From assembly GCA_965204345.1 (NCBI GenBank), contig OZ241981.1, positions 896,001 to 960,000 on the forward strand: a stretch of DNA of 64,000 nucleotides, in the 5' to 3' direction. The notes beneath the pieces are model-generated. The model worked only from the letters and a program-made list of their open reading frames with translations. It was not told the origin of the DNA and did not search any database. Shown one piece after another: positions 50,859 through 61,286 of this stretch. Origin of the DNA: Nitrosopumilus sp. (GTDB taxonomy: Archaea > Thermoproteota > Nitrososphaeria > Nitrososphaerales > Nitrosopumilaceae). Within the stretch, counting starts at the first letter, position 1, and every line of letters begins with the position of its first letter. The translations under genes and the position numbers were made by a program.

Positions 50859-51197
50859 TTAAACTAGGGGCTTGTCCATTTCAGTGGACATTATTTCTTG
50901 TACCTTGAGAAAATAGAGTTTTGTAGAATATGGCATTTCATCCAAATTATTGTCAACTACAATCATAAAATATCGTACAGCACGTTTTGAAATATCCAGA
51001 TTAAATTTCATGGTAAGCACAGAATCTTGATGAACCTTGATTTTATCCTCAAGCCAAGGAGGAGCCATTTCAATTGTTTCTTTGATAATTTTATCATACC
51101 AGTAAGAGAGATTTTGAGGGTGCAATCCCTGTTTGAGATTAGACACGTCAGTATCAATTTTTTTCATCATGTGATTTATGATTGTCATCAGGCTCAA
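50859..51197 (-). CDS. hypothetical protein
   Basis: 112-aa ORF. Confidence 0.72.
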   Translation of the reverse strand: MSLMTIINHMMKKIDTDVSNLKQGLHPQNLSYWYDKIIKETIEMAPPWLEDKIKVHQDSVLTMKFNLDISKRAVRYFMIVVDNNLDEMPYSTKLYFLKVQEIMSTEMDKPLV

Positions 51198-51240
51198 TCA
51201 AGGAATTTTGTTTTATTCCAATTGCTCAAAGTTCGACAAG

Positions 51241-51717
51241 CTACTTGTCAATTGATAGCGTGTTTCCGTCAGCATCAATCTCTGAATTTTTAATTCTAGT
51301 CGTAGATATTCTTGCACCGTCTTTTGCCAGAAACATTGGAATCGTAACGACTTGGACGGAAGGGAGGTTCTTTTTTGCTCTTAATTTGTTGAGTGTGATA
51401 CCTTGAGAACTTGTTTCATCACTGACAACTAGGGCCTCTACCTTTTTTTCTAAAACAGCCGGACCAAAATCGTTTTCCAATCTGCTAATCTCAAAGGAAG
51501 AATCAGGAAAGTTTTTTGAAAGGACAGACAGTAAATTTTCAAAGCGCTGATCATACTTGTGTGTGGGAATTTTGCCCTTTTTTGATGCAAACTCATCACT
51601 AGTCAGCCCTATGATTACCTTGTCTGAAATTTCAAAGGCATTTGATAGCAGGGTAAGATGACCCTTATGGATTATATCAAAAGTTCCACCTAGTGCCACA
51701 AGGGAAAATTTAGACAT
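51241..51717 (-). CDS. coaD: phosphopantetheine adenylyltransferase (archaeal)
   Basis: GGTFDIIHKGH, GLTSD, FGPA, VVSDET, ISTTRI. Confidence 0.92.
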   Translation of the reverse strand: MSKFSLVALGGTFDIIHKGHLTLLSNAFEISDKVIIGLTSDEFASKKGKIPTHKYDQRFENLLSVLSKNFPDSSFEISRLENDFGPAVLEKKVEALVVSDETSSQGITLNKLRAKKNLPSVQVVTIPMFLAKDGARISTTRIKNSEIDADGNTLSIDK

Positions 51718-51803
51718 GTAATCTGTTAGTAATCTTTGAAAATAAGTCTACCAGTTTTTTATAGGATATTTACCGTAAATTATTTCAAAATTTGGCTTTT
51801 ATA

Positions 51804-52496
51804 TTATAATTTCATAAATCCTTCTCGGATTAAGAATTGAATGCCTTGAATAAAAGAACTGTCATCAATTTGTCCATCTGCCCACCAACCAGCATTATTC
51901 TTTATCCAGCCAGGGATTTGGCTGTCTTCAGACACAGAGCCCTGCTGGGTAATTGGAATCTTCATAAATCCTTCTCGGATTAAGAATTGAATGCCTTGAA
52001 TAAAAGAACTGTCATCAATTTGTCCATCTGCCCACCAACCAGCATTATTCTTTATCCAGCCAGGGATTTGGCTGTCTTGAGAAGAAATAGAATTATCAGA
52101 ACTTATTTGAAATGAAATAATTGCAACAGTTGCTTTTGAGTTTCCATATTGTGCCTTTACTGCAAATTTCCCATCGTTGAATTTCTCATTTAAAATAACA
52201 GCGTGTGAAAATGTTCCATCAGCATCAACAGGGGTTTTCTGGGTTAAAATCAAAGCGTTACCAGAATCAAAGATAGATATTCTCAAACTTCTTTGTTCAT
52301 CATACTTGTTTACGCTGCCAGAAAATATTACAGAATCCCCAAGGGCATATGATTCGTTATCAGAGTTGATTTCTACAGTATAATTATTAGAGCTGCTTTG
52401 TGCAGGAGGCCCACCATAACCCAAAACTGTTTGTCCTGAAGACAGCACGGCAAAAAAAGATATTATAAAAATAAGCAAAAGCCTGCGTTGATACAT
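51804..52496 (-). CDS. secreted protein with duplicated IPxWIKNNAGWW C-terminal domain
   Basis: signal peptide; two IPGWIKNNAGWWADGQIDDSSFIQGIQFLIREG repeats. Confidence 0.85.
   Translation of the reverse strand: MYQRRLLLIFIISFFAVLSSGQTVLGYGGPPAQSSSNNYTVEINSDNESYALGDSVIFSGSVNKYDEQRSLRISIFDSGNALILTQKTPVDADGTFSHAVILNEKFNDGKFAVKAQYGNSKATVAIISFQISSDNSISSQDSQIPGWIKNNAGWWADGQIDDSSFIQGIQFLIREGFMKIPITQQGSVSEDSQIPGWIKNNAGWWADGQIDDSSFIQGIQFLIREGFMKL
51811..52078. repeat. 118-bp identical direct repeat (51811-51928, 51961-52078)
   Basis: identical sequence at 150-bp period. Confidence 0.92.
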
Positions 52497-52562
52497 TGCT
52501 AGTATGACATGTTTGTCTGGACATTTAAACGGTTGGTAGAAGGCAAAATTTGGATACAGAAT

Positions 52563-53639
52563 CTAATTTACAAGGATTAAAACAAAGGGTCCCTGTTCGG
52601 CAATAGGCACGTTATTTCTATCCCACACAAAGGTTTCAATAAAAAATAATCCAGACTGCTCTGGAACCCAATCTATTACTTGAATTTCTTTCCCGGTTCC
52701 AATAAAACTCCCATCAAATTTTCCAATGTATTCTACAGTTGGAGGATCACCACGATTTTCAGGAGATTTTTTTATTTGTACATAGTAAGTATATGCTGTT
52801 TCATTAGATTTTTGATCTGCGGCAAACTGAATCCAGGTTTTGCTTTTTATGCTAACTGCTGAACCAACTGTAAGCTCAGATAACTTGTTTCCATTAGAAT
52901 CCTCTACAGAGATATCAGAAATTGTTACCAGTTTATCAGGTATCTGTGAAAGAGGAATTTTAATATCTACAAAATCAGAATTAAAAATATTGGATTCTGC
53001 AAATAGAAGAAGGCCTACAGCCCTTGAATCAATGATTTCATCAAATTCAAAACTGACCTCAATGTTTGAATCCACATATCCAAGTTCTATGGTTGATACA
53101 CTTAGTATTCTTGGAGGATCAAAACCATCATAAAATGCAAGATAGACATTAGTGTCAGAATTTGGAGCGCCTCCATTTTGCAAAACTCCTGAAAATCTAA
53201 AAGAACTATCTAAAAAAACATCAGTTGAATATACGGTCAAACCTTTTTGTTTTTCAACTGAAGAATCAAATCCTAAAAGAGATACGGATGCCTGAGTTAT
53301 GTTGGGATTTGCAGTCTGTGAACGAATTGCATATGGAGATTGTCCATTATTGGGAATCACTTCAAGTGTGGTAGTTCCTTGCACAATTTCTAATGGAATA
53401 GGGCTTAGATCATCAAAAAATTTTACTTGAATTTGGATATTATTTACAGGAGTTTGAGAATTATTATTTTCAACGATTCCTACTACTACAGTATGACCTT
53501 CAGAATCCTGATACACGTAGATATTTTCATTATCAATGGAAACAGTAAGGGTAGGTGTAGTATCTATAACTTGAGAAAATCCCTGATTAAACGGAATTAA
53601 GAGTAATATGAAAAAAAAGAGAAAAAGCGCTTTTATCAT
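52563..53639 (-). CDS. secreted Ig-like (FxLYD-like) protein
   Basis: signal peptide; VVGIVENN...VKFFD; YLAFYD; FFIETFVWD. Confidence 0.75.
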   Translation of the reverse strand: MIKALFLFFFILLLIPFNQGFSQVIDTTPTLTVSIDNENIYVYQDSEGHTVVVGIVENNNSQTPVNNIQIQVKFFDDLSPIPLEIVQGTTTLEVIPNNGQSPYAIRSQTANPNITQASVSLLGFDSSVEKQKGLTVYSTDVFLDSSFRFSGVLQNGGAPNSDTNVYLAFYDGFDPPRILSVSTIELGYVDSNIEVSFEFDEIIDSRAVGLLLFAESNIFNSDFVDIKIPLSQIPDKLVTISDISVEDSNGNKLSELTVGSAVSIKSKTWIQFAADQKSNETAYTYYVQIKKSPENRGDPPTVEYIGKFDGSFIGTGKEIQVIDWVPEQSGLFFIETFVWDRNNVPIAEQGPFVLILVN

Positions 53640-53763
53640 GATCTTTTATAAAAACAGGGATTAATTTTCTGTAGTATATCATATTGTGGACAAGAAAGGT
53701 AACAACGTTTAACCTAGTTTACACTAGAATAAAATAAAAAGAAATTAAAAATAGATGTAAATT

Positions 53764-53865
53764 TTATTTTCTCTTTGCGGTAATTGCTATCCAGTAAATT
53801 AAACCAGGAGCTAAACCAACAATGAGTGGAATCCATACAGGCCATCCATCTACTACGCTTGCCAT
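53764..53865 (-). CDS. putative 33-aa single-TM micro-protein
   Basis: MASVVDGWPVWIPLIVGLAPGLIYWIAITAKRK; TTTAAATA about 22-30 nt upstream. Confidence 0.6.
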   Translation of the reverse strand: MASVVDGWPVWIPLIVGLAPGLIYWIAITAKRK

Positions 53866-53940
53866 AAGGGAAAATCAAAACTTATCCTATTTAAATCCAT
53901 CCAGCAGTATGAATTTCAGTCTAGATCGCAGGAGGAAAAG

Positions 53941-54014
53941 TGGACCGGACGGAATTTGAATCCGTGACCCCCCGCGTGCAAGGCGGGTATACTACCAGGC
54001 TATACTACCGGCCC
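53941..54014 (-). tRNA. tRNA-Ala(TGC)
   Basis: GGGCCGG/CCGGTCC acceptor with G3:U70; CCCGC-CTTGCAC-GCGGG. Confidence 0.95.
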
Positions 54015-54094
54015 ACATGAACAATGAATAATGTATGGATTTTAATTGTTGTCTTCGTGGCAAGAATTTTATTTGAAATCATAATCCTTGTGTT

Positions 54095-54649
54095 ATGGTA
54101 CTATTAGAATCACAAATTAAATTAAAAACAGGAGATATTGCGCCAGATTTTGAATTAACAGGAATTGATGATAAAAAACACTCATTGAGTGACTATGAGA
54201 GTTACAAAGGTATTCTGGTAATTTTCATGTGTAACCATTGTCCATATGTTAAAGCTAAAGTCGACGCACTAAACGAATTATATGAAAAATGTGGAAAAGA
54301 TATAGCAATTATTGGCATTAACAGTAATGATTCCACAAATTACCCAGAAGACAGTTTTGAGGCTATGAAAAAAACAGCAGCAGAAAAAGGATTCAAGTTT
54401 GATTATCTAATAGATGAGACACAGGAAATTGCAAAAAAATATGGTGCAATGTGCACTCCGGACCCATTCTTGTTTAATGCACAAAAACAGCTGGTTTTTC
54501 ATGGAAGAATAGACAATGCCATGAAACCAGAAGATCATGCAACGGAGAAGACGATGATTCTCAACATGGAAAAATTAATTGCCGGAGAAAAAATTGAAAA
54601 GGATTTTGACCCGTCAATTGGTTGCTCAATTAAGTGGAAAGAAAATTAG
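54095..54649 (+). CDS. thioredoxin-fold AhpC/TSA-like protein
   Basis: APDFEL, FMCNHCPYV, YPEDS, GRID, SIGCSIKW. Confidence 0.92.
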   Translation: MVLLESQIKLKTGDIAPDFELTGIDDKKHSLSDYESYKGILVIFMCNHCPYVKAKVDALNELYEKCGKDIAIIGINSNDSTNYPEDSFEAMKKTAAEKGFKFDYLIDETQEIAKKYGAMCTPDPFLFNAQKQLVFHGRIDNAMKPEDHATEKTMILNMEKLIAGEKIEKDFDPSIGCSIKWKEN

Positions 54650-54995
54650 ACAATAGTTTCTGCAAGTGGACAATAAACACTAGGGGAATAAAATACCCAA
54701 AAAACCAAACAGTTAGAATAATGCAACAGAGTCTCATTTCGTACTTGATGAATCGTAGTTGGAATTAATCTTGAATTTTTCAAAATTGTATTTTTGTAAT
54801 TATATTGTCATGATGACTGGGTTTAATAAAAGAATAATTTACTAAGAATCCTAATTAAAATTACAATAATGAGAATTTTATAATCTAGATACGATATATC
54901 TGTAATTAGTTAGGATCAAATGATCTCACTAAATAGTTAACAGAATTGATCGATATCATACTTGTGAGTGAAACATTCTTGATGTTGAGAGTGAT

Positions 54996-56318
54996 TTGAT
55001 GAAAAAAGGGAAAAAATTTCGCGATCCAATTCATAATTTTATTCATGTTAGTCAAGACGAATTAGATATAATCAATAGTCCTATTTTTCAGCGTTCGCAT
55101 AACATCAGACAACTTAGTTTAGGATACTATGTTTATCATGGTGCAGAACATTCTCGTTTTGGACATATGATTGGGGCTTGTCATGTTGCAGGTCTTGCAT
55201 ATGATTCACTTAAAAAAAATACAGAAGAATTAGGAGAAGATTTTAGAGGTAATGATATAGATAGATCAACCTTACGTATGGCAGCACTTCTACACGATGT
55301 AGGTCACGCACCATTTTCTCATTCTTTAGAAAATATTCTAGATGCATCTCATGAAGACTATACTAAAAAACTTGTCAAACATTACTTTGAAGACACATTA
55401 AAAAAAGCAAATGTCGATGTGAATGTTGTAAACAATCTAATTGATGGAGCATATCCAAAAAAGCCATACCTTAGTAAGCTTGTAAGCGGTCAATTAGATG
55501 TTGATAGACTAGATTACCTACTTAGAGATTCATATTATTCAGGAGTAACTTATGGCAGGTATGATTTGGGTAGAATTATTGATCAGTTAGCCATAGTAAA
55601 TGGCAAGTTTGTTGTTCTTCAAGGTGGATATGAGGCAGTAGAGCAGTTAATTTTTGCCAGATATCAGATGTATCAGCAAGTATATTTCCATAAAACAAAG
55701 CGTTCTTTTGAATTGATGCTGTGGCAATGTGGTGAATTGCTAAAGGAAAAAGGATTACTAGATTATCCGAAACTAAAAGATTTGGAAGATAATGTTGGAA
55801 TTGAAGAATATCTTAAACGTGATGATCGTTGGTTTCTAAATTTGATCCACAATGAATCAAACCCAAAAGAAGTAAAACAGATTGCAACTATGATAAAAAA
55901 TAGAAAGCCATATTGGGAAACATATTCGCCAATATCTAATAGAAAACAGTCTACACGAGTGAGAACAGAGCCTGATAATGCTATAGACGGACTAGAAGTG
56001 TTACAAACGGGATTACTTAATGAAATGACATCCCTTGAAATTCAACCACATGAATTTTTAACTGATGAACTTGCTCGTTCACCTTACAAGTTAATGCCAG
56101 ATTATAACATCTCAGATGAGACGGATGGTGAAGGAACGAGTATTTCTATATATTATAAAAATAATCAACTAATAGAACCTGTAGAAAAACGATCTCATGT
56201 TGTTTTTACACTTGCAAAGAATCAGCCATTTATGCTAAGAGGCTTTGTGATCCCTGAAAAATATGAAACTGTGAGAAAGTATCTATCAAAATTTGACTAT
56301 GTTTTACCAAAACGTTAG
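54996..56318 (+). CDS. HD-domain dNTP triphosphohydrolase (SAMHD1/YwfO-like)
   Basis: RDPIH, FQR...RQL, GAEHSRFGH, LLHDVGHAPFSH, LDVDRLDYLLRDS, MYQQVYFHK. Confidence 0.92.
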   Translation: MMKKGKKFRDPIHNFIHVSQDELDIINSPIFQRSHNIRQLSLGYYVYHGAEHSRFGHMIGACHVAGLAYDSLKKNTEELGEDFRGNDIDRSTLRMAALLHDVGHAPFSHSLENILDASHEDYTKKLVKHYFEDTLKKANVDVNVVNNLIDGAYPKKPYLSKLVSGQLDVDRLDYLLRDSYYSGVTYGRYDLGRIIDQLAIVNGKFVVLQGGYEAVEQLIFARYQMYQQVYFHKTKRSFELMLWQCGELLKEKGLLDYPKLKDLEDNVGIEEYLKRDDRWFLNLIHNESNPKEVKQIATMIKNRKPYWETYSPISNRKQSTRVRTEPDNAIDGLEVLQTGLLNEMTSLEIQPHEFLTDELARSPYKLMPDYNISDETDGEGTSISIYYKNNQLIEPVEKRSHVVFTLAKNQPFMLRGFVIPEKYETVRKYLSKFDYVLPKR

Positions 56319-56382
56319 CTAATCCGACGTATACTGATATTACCATGAGGATTAATATTGAAATTGATTTAATGAAATCCAG

Positions 56383-56946
56383 GTGTTACAAATGGTAAAA
56401 GTCGCTTCAAATAATTCAATAGTTTTACGATTAATTCAAAAAGCTACTGAAAATCCAAATGTGGAAGTCAAAGGAGTGATGGGCAAAAAAGCCCTGCAAA
56501 AAAGTCTCTACTTTTTTAATTTGAAGCACGGATTTTTTAATTTCAAATGGGCTGATTATGGACCGTTAAGTGGCGAAGTACAACAAATCGTTCAAGATCT
56601 TCATTTTGGTGGTAAAATCACCATCAATGATATTGAAACTAAAAAACCAGATGTCTTTATCAAGAATATGAAATACGTTGATGGTTCTGCGGATTTTACA
56701 GCCTTCCCCCCTGATTTAGATGATACTTTGGATGATATTGTAAAATTCACTGCCGGAAAGGGACCAAGGTCTCTTGAACTCTTAGCATCTGTTCATTTTT
56801 GGGCACAAAGACAACAAGATTTGACTGATGAATATACTGCTGAATACTGTCATGAAAAATTAACAGAACTAAAACCAGATGCAGGATTCAAAATTGAAGA
56901 TGTAGAACAAGCAATCAAGACGCTAGAAGTCAATGATTTTCTGTGA
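56383..56946 (+). CDS. YwgA/DarG-C-terminal-like wHTH protein
   Basis: GKKALQKSLYF...F.WADYGPLSGEV...LELLASVHF. Confidence 0.72.
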   Translation: MLQMVKVASNNSIVLRLIQKATENPNVEVKGVMGKKALQKSLYFFNLKHGFFNFKWADYGPLSGEVQQIVQDLHFGGKITINDIETKKPDVFIKNMKYVDGSADFTAFPPDLDDTLDDIVKFTAGKGPRSLELLASVHFWAQRQQDLTDEYTAEYCHEKLTELKPDAGFKIEDVEQAIKTLEVNDFL

Positions 56947-57546
56947 AGATTCTTTTGTATTCATTTCACGCATTACCTTTTCTCTATTTTTTATAATTCC
57001 GTTAAGACATTCTACCAGAGTTTAATTCTTTATTTCTTACTGAAATACTTTGGATATTTTTTACTCTTAAATTTTTCCAAAGTTTTTTCTATAAACTTTA
57101 GTACATCTATATGTAGATTTTATGAATGAACTAATTTTTCCAAACCAAGAACTATGTGTTTTTCATTTACTCCAAGTTTGTGGTAGTGAAAGACTTGATT
57201 ATAATCAGTTCATGAATACAAGGATGAAAGGAAGAGTTTTCAGACAAGGATGTAACAAGATGTAGTCAATTGAAATGTCTTGTTAGAAAATAATTGAAAT
57301 AAATGCATAGAGTATCCAGTGATGGTTTTCTTAAACGTCATATCAGAATTACACATAAATCTAAGAAATTAGTCTCACAAATCAAGTAATCTTTAAGATT
57401 TTTCATTAGTTTTTGATTATATCAAATTTAGCATTAGATGTATTCCAGTAAAAATATTCAACCACGGATATACATTGTTTTGATAATGATGATAAAAGTA
57501 TACTCTGATAATTAGTAAAAAAGTTATATTTAAGAAATAAATTTTT

Positions 57547-57883
57547 CTAGAGTTCTAATTCTTTATGATTTTGTATTTTGTTTATTTCTTCTATAGACAA
57601 CCAAGTATCTAATTCACCCATTGCTACACCACTACTTACATCCCATCTATCATTTCTTTCAGCTGAGATTAACATCTCATTTTTTCCTGTTTTCTTCTTA
57701 AAATATTCAAATTTACTATTATCATTTCTATATCGAGGATGTTTGTATTCTACCAATACATCAATTTGATGAATAGTTCCAGATTTTCCCTCCATTTTAA
57801 ATCATGAGTTACATGATATCCATTTTTTCAAATAATTCTGCAATCTTTAATTCAAACCTAATACCCTTCCTTAACGCAGACAT
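57547..57883 (-). pseudogene. Mrr-like restriction endonuclease remnant
   Basis: MSALRKGIRFELKIAELFEK, frameshift in A-run, then GYHVTHD..MEGKSGTIHQIDVL. Confidence 0.65.
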
Positions 57884-57960
57884 ATGATGATGTTATGAGT
57901 ACCAGCATTTAACAAAAGCGATATTGTTCAAGCAGAAAGTATTCAAATCATTATCCAAAT

Positions 57961-58717
57961 CTAAGATAGTTCATTTGCAAGATAAAGGGGATCTATACAT
58001 TTGATTCCAATTAGTGATTCAATGAGAGAGGAATTATTCAATAAATCTTTATGATCTAGAGTTGCCAGTAAGCAGATTTTCCCAGTGTTTTGTCGAAATG
58101 CTTCAACTTTACATAATATCTGAATATCATTTGGTTTTCTCTGAACTGTTTTTTTTAATTGTGGTTCGTTTCGTAGTTTTTCACAAGTTGAAGGAATTAC
58201 GATCTTAGGAATAATTTTGTACCCACTTAATTTTGTAAGAAAATCAAATTGTATATTTGATGAAATTTTATTAAATTCAACCATTGCCAAAACAACAAAT
58301 TCTGAAATATTTGGAGGGTTTTTTTGTGGGAATTTTCAATTAATAATTCACCAATACAGATTCAATATTTTCAATAATTTGGTGTTCTGATTTATTTACA
58401 GAATATTGACTTTTGAGAGTTTTGAAATGAGATTCAATAAATGACAAATCAGATATCATAATGTGCAAATTTATGCCTTTGAAGATACGATATTCTAAGA
58501 TAAAATTTTTAGATATAGTACCAATCAGAGTAATTATGTCTTTAATTCTATTTTCAACTTATTTTTTGACAGTTTCAGACAGATATTTTTTGAAAGTAAA
58601 GATTTTTTCCAGTTTTTCAATATTACCAGAACGAGATGAATGTGTTTCATTTCCAAATACTTCTGCAAGTAATAGTGAAGAATCTATACAAACAGCAATT
58701 TTCTTTGCTTTAACCAT
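57961..58717 (-). pseudogene. PIN-domain gene with premature stop and frameshift
   Basis: MVKAKKIAVCIDSS...SETVKK* ... NDIQIL...LATLDHKD. Confidence 0.65.
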
Positions 58718-59636
58718 GTTTTAGAATAAGCGCATGTAATTTTTCATCAAATTCAGTAAAAGATTCAGAATCTAATGAATTTAACATAATATCTTCATCT
58801 AGATATTTTTTATCGATAAAGTTTGTAAATACAGACAGATTATCCCTAAAAGAATTAAAAAATATCTTGAATCGGCTATCATAGATTGTATCTAGTTTTA
58901 ACGGCATTACTTTGAAAAGATCGTTAAGGCTTTGTGCAGTTTTTGAACGAAGATAGAATTTCAAGATCAATTCTGAACGAGAAACATTGGTTAGCAGTCG
59001 TGATATAGCATAATTTTTTTTTTCAAATTTTCCCAATTCATATCTGATTTTTCTTTCATCAGATCTCACCAAATGAAACATACTACGTAGACGCATGAGA
59101 TCATCAACTAGAGTTCTTAGAGCAGATATTTTTTCAATATATGAGATATTATACAAATTATATAATTCAAAAGACAAATTAGACTCTAGAAATTCTGCCA
59201 TAGATTTTTGATGCCATTCATCATACGAGGTTTTTAGTAATAGAGACAATTTAGATAAAGAATCTATTATTATTTCAAATTGAGTATTTACGTCATCAGA
59301 ATTTGATTCAAAAGAGTCAAGAGACTCTTGTATTTCAGTATGTTCATCTAAAAATTGTATAAAGTTTTTTTTCCATAATTCCACATATTGATCAGTGGAA
59401 AACCAATCAGCGTTAAAATCAACACTATTTGTAACATGTGCTATTTCACTGGAGAGCATTTTGAATAAATCAGGTTGTTCGTCTGGGAATAGATCTACAG
59501 TAGTTTTCTTTTGATAGTGCTTTCCGAAACTTTTCTTATGCAAGTTTGGTTTGAAATGATCTAGTACGTATAGAACCGCCGATTTGGCATATTCTTGCTT
59601 TTCATAACTTTGAAAATTAGAAGTTAACGCTTTCAA
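58710..59636 (-). CDS. hypothetical helical protein
   Basis: 308-aa AT-rich ORF overlapping the start of the PIN pseudogene. Confidence 0.6.
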   Translation of the reverse strand: MKALTSNFQSYEKQEYAKSAVLYVLDHFKPNLHKKSFGKHYQKKTTVDLFPDEQPDLFKMLSSEIAHVTNSVDFNADWFSTDQYVELWKKNFIQFLDEHTEIQESLDSFESNSDDVNTQFEIIIDSLSKLSLLLKTSYDEWHQKSMAEFLESNLSFELYNLYNISYIEKISALRTLVDDLMRLRSMFHLVRSDERKIRYELGKFEKKNYAISRLLTNVSRSELILKFYLRSKTAQSLNDLFKVMPLKLDTIYDSRFKIFFNSFRDNLSVFTNFIDKKYLDEDIMLNSLDSESFTEFDEKLHALILKHG

Positions 59637-59807
59637 TTAATTCACATATACTTTTTGAAAGTTGGAGGAATATAATATCTTCTTTCATTTCTTCAAACGG
59701 TCTTTAATTATCAAACATAATTTAAAAATCTCATGAGTGATAAATTTACTAGTCACTTTGCGGATACAAAATTAGACTTAAATGACTCTTGCCTAGAGAT
59801 TTGTTCG

Positions 59808-59882
59808 GGGCTCGTAGCTCAGCTTGGCTGGAGCGTTCGACTGATAATCGAAAGGTCATGAGTTCGAATCTCATCGGGCCCA
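59808..59882 (+). tRNA. tRNA-Ile(GAT)
   Basis: GGGCTCG/CGGGCCC; TTCGA-CTGATAA-TCGAA. Confidence 0.96.
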
Positions 59883-59887
59883 CTCAA

Positions 59888-60835
59888 TTATTTTAAATTT
59901 TGAGATACGGTTTCAGACCATTGCAAAACATCTTCTATTTTTTCAGATATCATGTCAGCCTTGATTTTGGATTTTTTAGATACCTTTCCACATAGGGTCA
60001 ACTTCATGTTTTTCCCAGATTTTTCTTTAATTGGGTTTATAGCATCTGCAAAAAAGTTCAGGCCCTCATCAGTGTGAGAAAAGACTACTGTAACCAAAAT
60101 ACCAGGTTTTTGTTTCCAAATTTTTCCTATCAATTTTTGAAAATCAAGGTCAAATAATACGTTGATTGATGAGGACATATCGCCCAAATGGGAGACTTTC
60201 CAGCCAGTGGAATGGTAAACTGCAGATGCAGCTTCAGAATACAGTCTACTTTGAAGATCAGATGCTATAACAACTATGTTCTTTTTTGGATCAGAGACCA
60301 CCTGAAGCTGATTAAAAATTTGAAATGATTTTGAAATGGTTGTCATTAGAAGATTCTGTTCGGATGTTCCGATTTTACCATCATCAAAAAGTTTTTTCAC
60401 ATGATCAACTGAGGGTAAAATCACTTCTAATATCAATCGGCTCACAATACCTCCGGAACGTAAAGAATTTCTAAGCAAAGAGTACACTTGATCCTCAGAG
60501 CCTTTTACTAAATATTCAATATACAGAGGCGCTACTTTGAAATAATCATCAGGAAAATGAAAGGATTCTTGTCCTGGTTCTAAAAACCAGAGCGTGACAT
60601 TACCAATATTTTTTTGACGTAACAGTCCTTCAGCTGCAAAAACCTTGAGATATTTAGACATGGTAATTCTATTTACGCCAATTTTTTCAGAAATCTCCAT
60701 TCCGGACATTCCAGAGACAGTATCATCTAAAACAGAGATTATCTTTTCCCTTATTTCTTCAGTGGAATATCCTTTGCCCATAATGCTCATGGGTGATGGT
60801 ATTCTATAAAGACTAATTTTCATTTTAGAACTCAA
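59888..60835 (-). CDS. HTH regulator with B12-binding-like C-terminal domains (start probably near 60782)
   Basis: SGMEISEKIGVNRITMSKYL HTH; VILPS...G.IG..EQ cap; GWKVSHLG. Confidence 0.8.
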   Translation of the reverse strand: MSSKMKISLYRIPSPMSIMGKGYSTEEIREKIISVLDDTVSGMSGMEISEKIGVNRITMSKYLKVFAAEGLLRQKNIGNVTLWFLEPGQESFHFPDDYFKVAPLYIEYLVKGSEDQVYSLLRNSLRSGGIVSRLILEVILPSVDHVKKLFDDGKIGTSEQNLLMTTISKSFQIFNQLQVVSDPKKNIVVIASDLQSRLYSEAASAVYHSTGWKVSHLGDMSSSINVLFDLDFQKLIGKIWKQKPGILVTVVFSHTDEGLNFFADAINPIKEKSGKNMKLTLCGKVSKKSKIKADMISEKIEDVLQWSETVSQNLK

Positions 60836-60899
60836 GGCACTAATTTGAGATAAAACATTATATACTTGAGTACTTTATTGTACGGTAAGGGAAAGTAAA

Positions 60900-61286
60900 T
60901 TGCCAAAAGCTGGATTCAAATCAATCACTGTTTCGGAAACTGTTTATGATAAATTCCATGAAGTTTATCAAAAGAGCAAAGACGACCTAACAATGAAGGG
61001 CGTTAACAGTTTTGCAGGCTATGTAACTTACATGTTAGAGGAGATGATGCAAAAGGACAAGACTTTTGCAAGGTATGCTCCAAAGATTGAAAAAATTTCA
61101 GTTGATGATGATCGTGTTGTTCTAAAAGACAATATCAAAAACAGAATTGCAGAAGTTGCCATTCAGAAAGGAGAGTTATTTTGCCAGCTCTGTGATGAGA
61201 AAGATTGCGTACACGTTGGTTTTGTATTCTCACTGCCAGACGTTTATGAAGTTCTAAATGCCAAAGGAATTAAAAATCCAAGGTAA
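60900..61286 (+). CDS. hypothetical protein (RHH-like N-terminus, C-x2-C-x4-C-x-H)
   Basis: FKSITVSETVY; CQLCDEKDCVH. Confidence 0.75.
   Translation: MPKAGFKSITVSETVYDKFHEVYQKSKDDLTMKGVNSFAGYVTYMLEEMMQKDKTFARYAPKIEKISVDDDRVVLKDNIKNRIAEVAIQKGELFCQLCDEKDCVHVGFVFSLPDVYEVLNAKGIKNPR

Noticed and set aside
54700-59800. att repeats for the island between tRNA-Ala and tRNA-Ile
   Set aside because: Both tRNA 3' ends face away from the island and I found no duplicated tRNA fragment.
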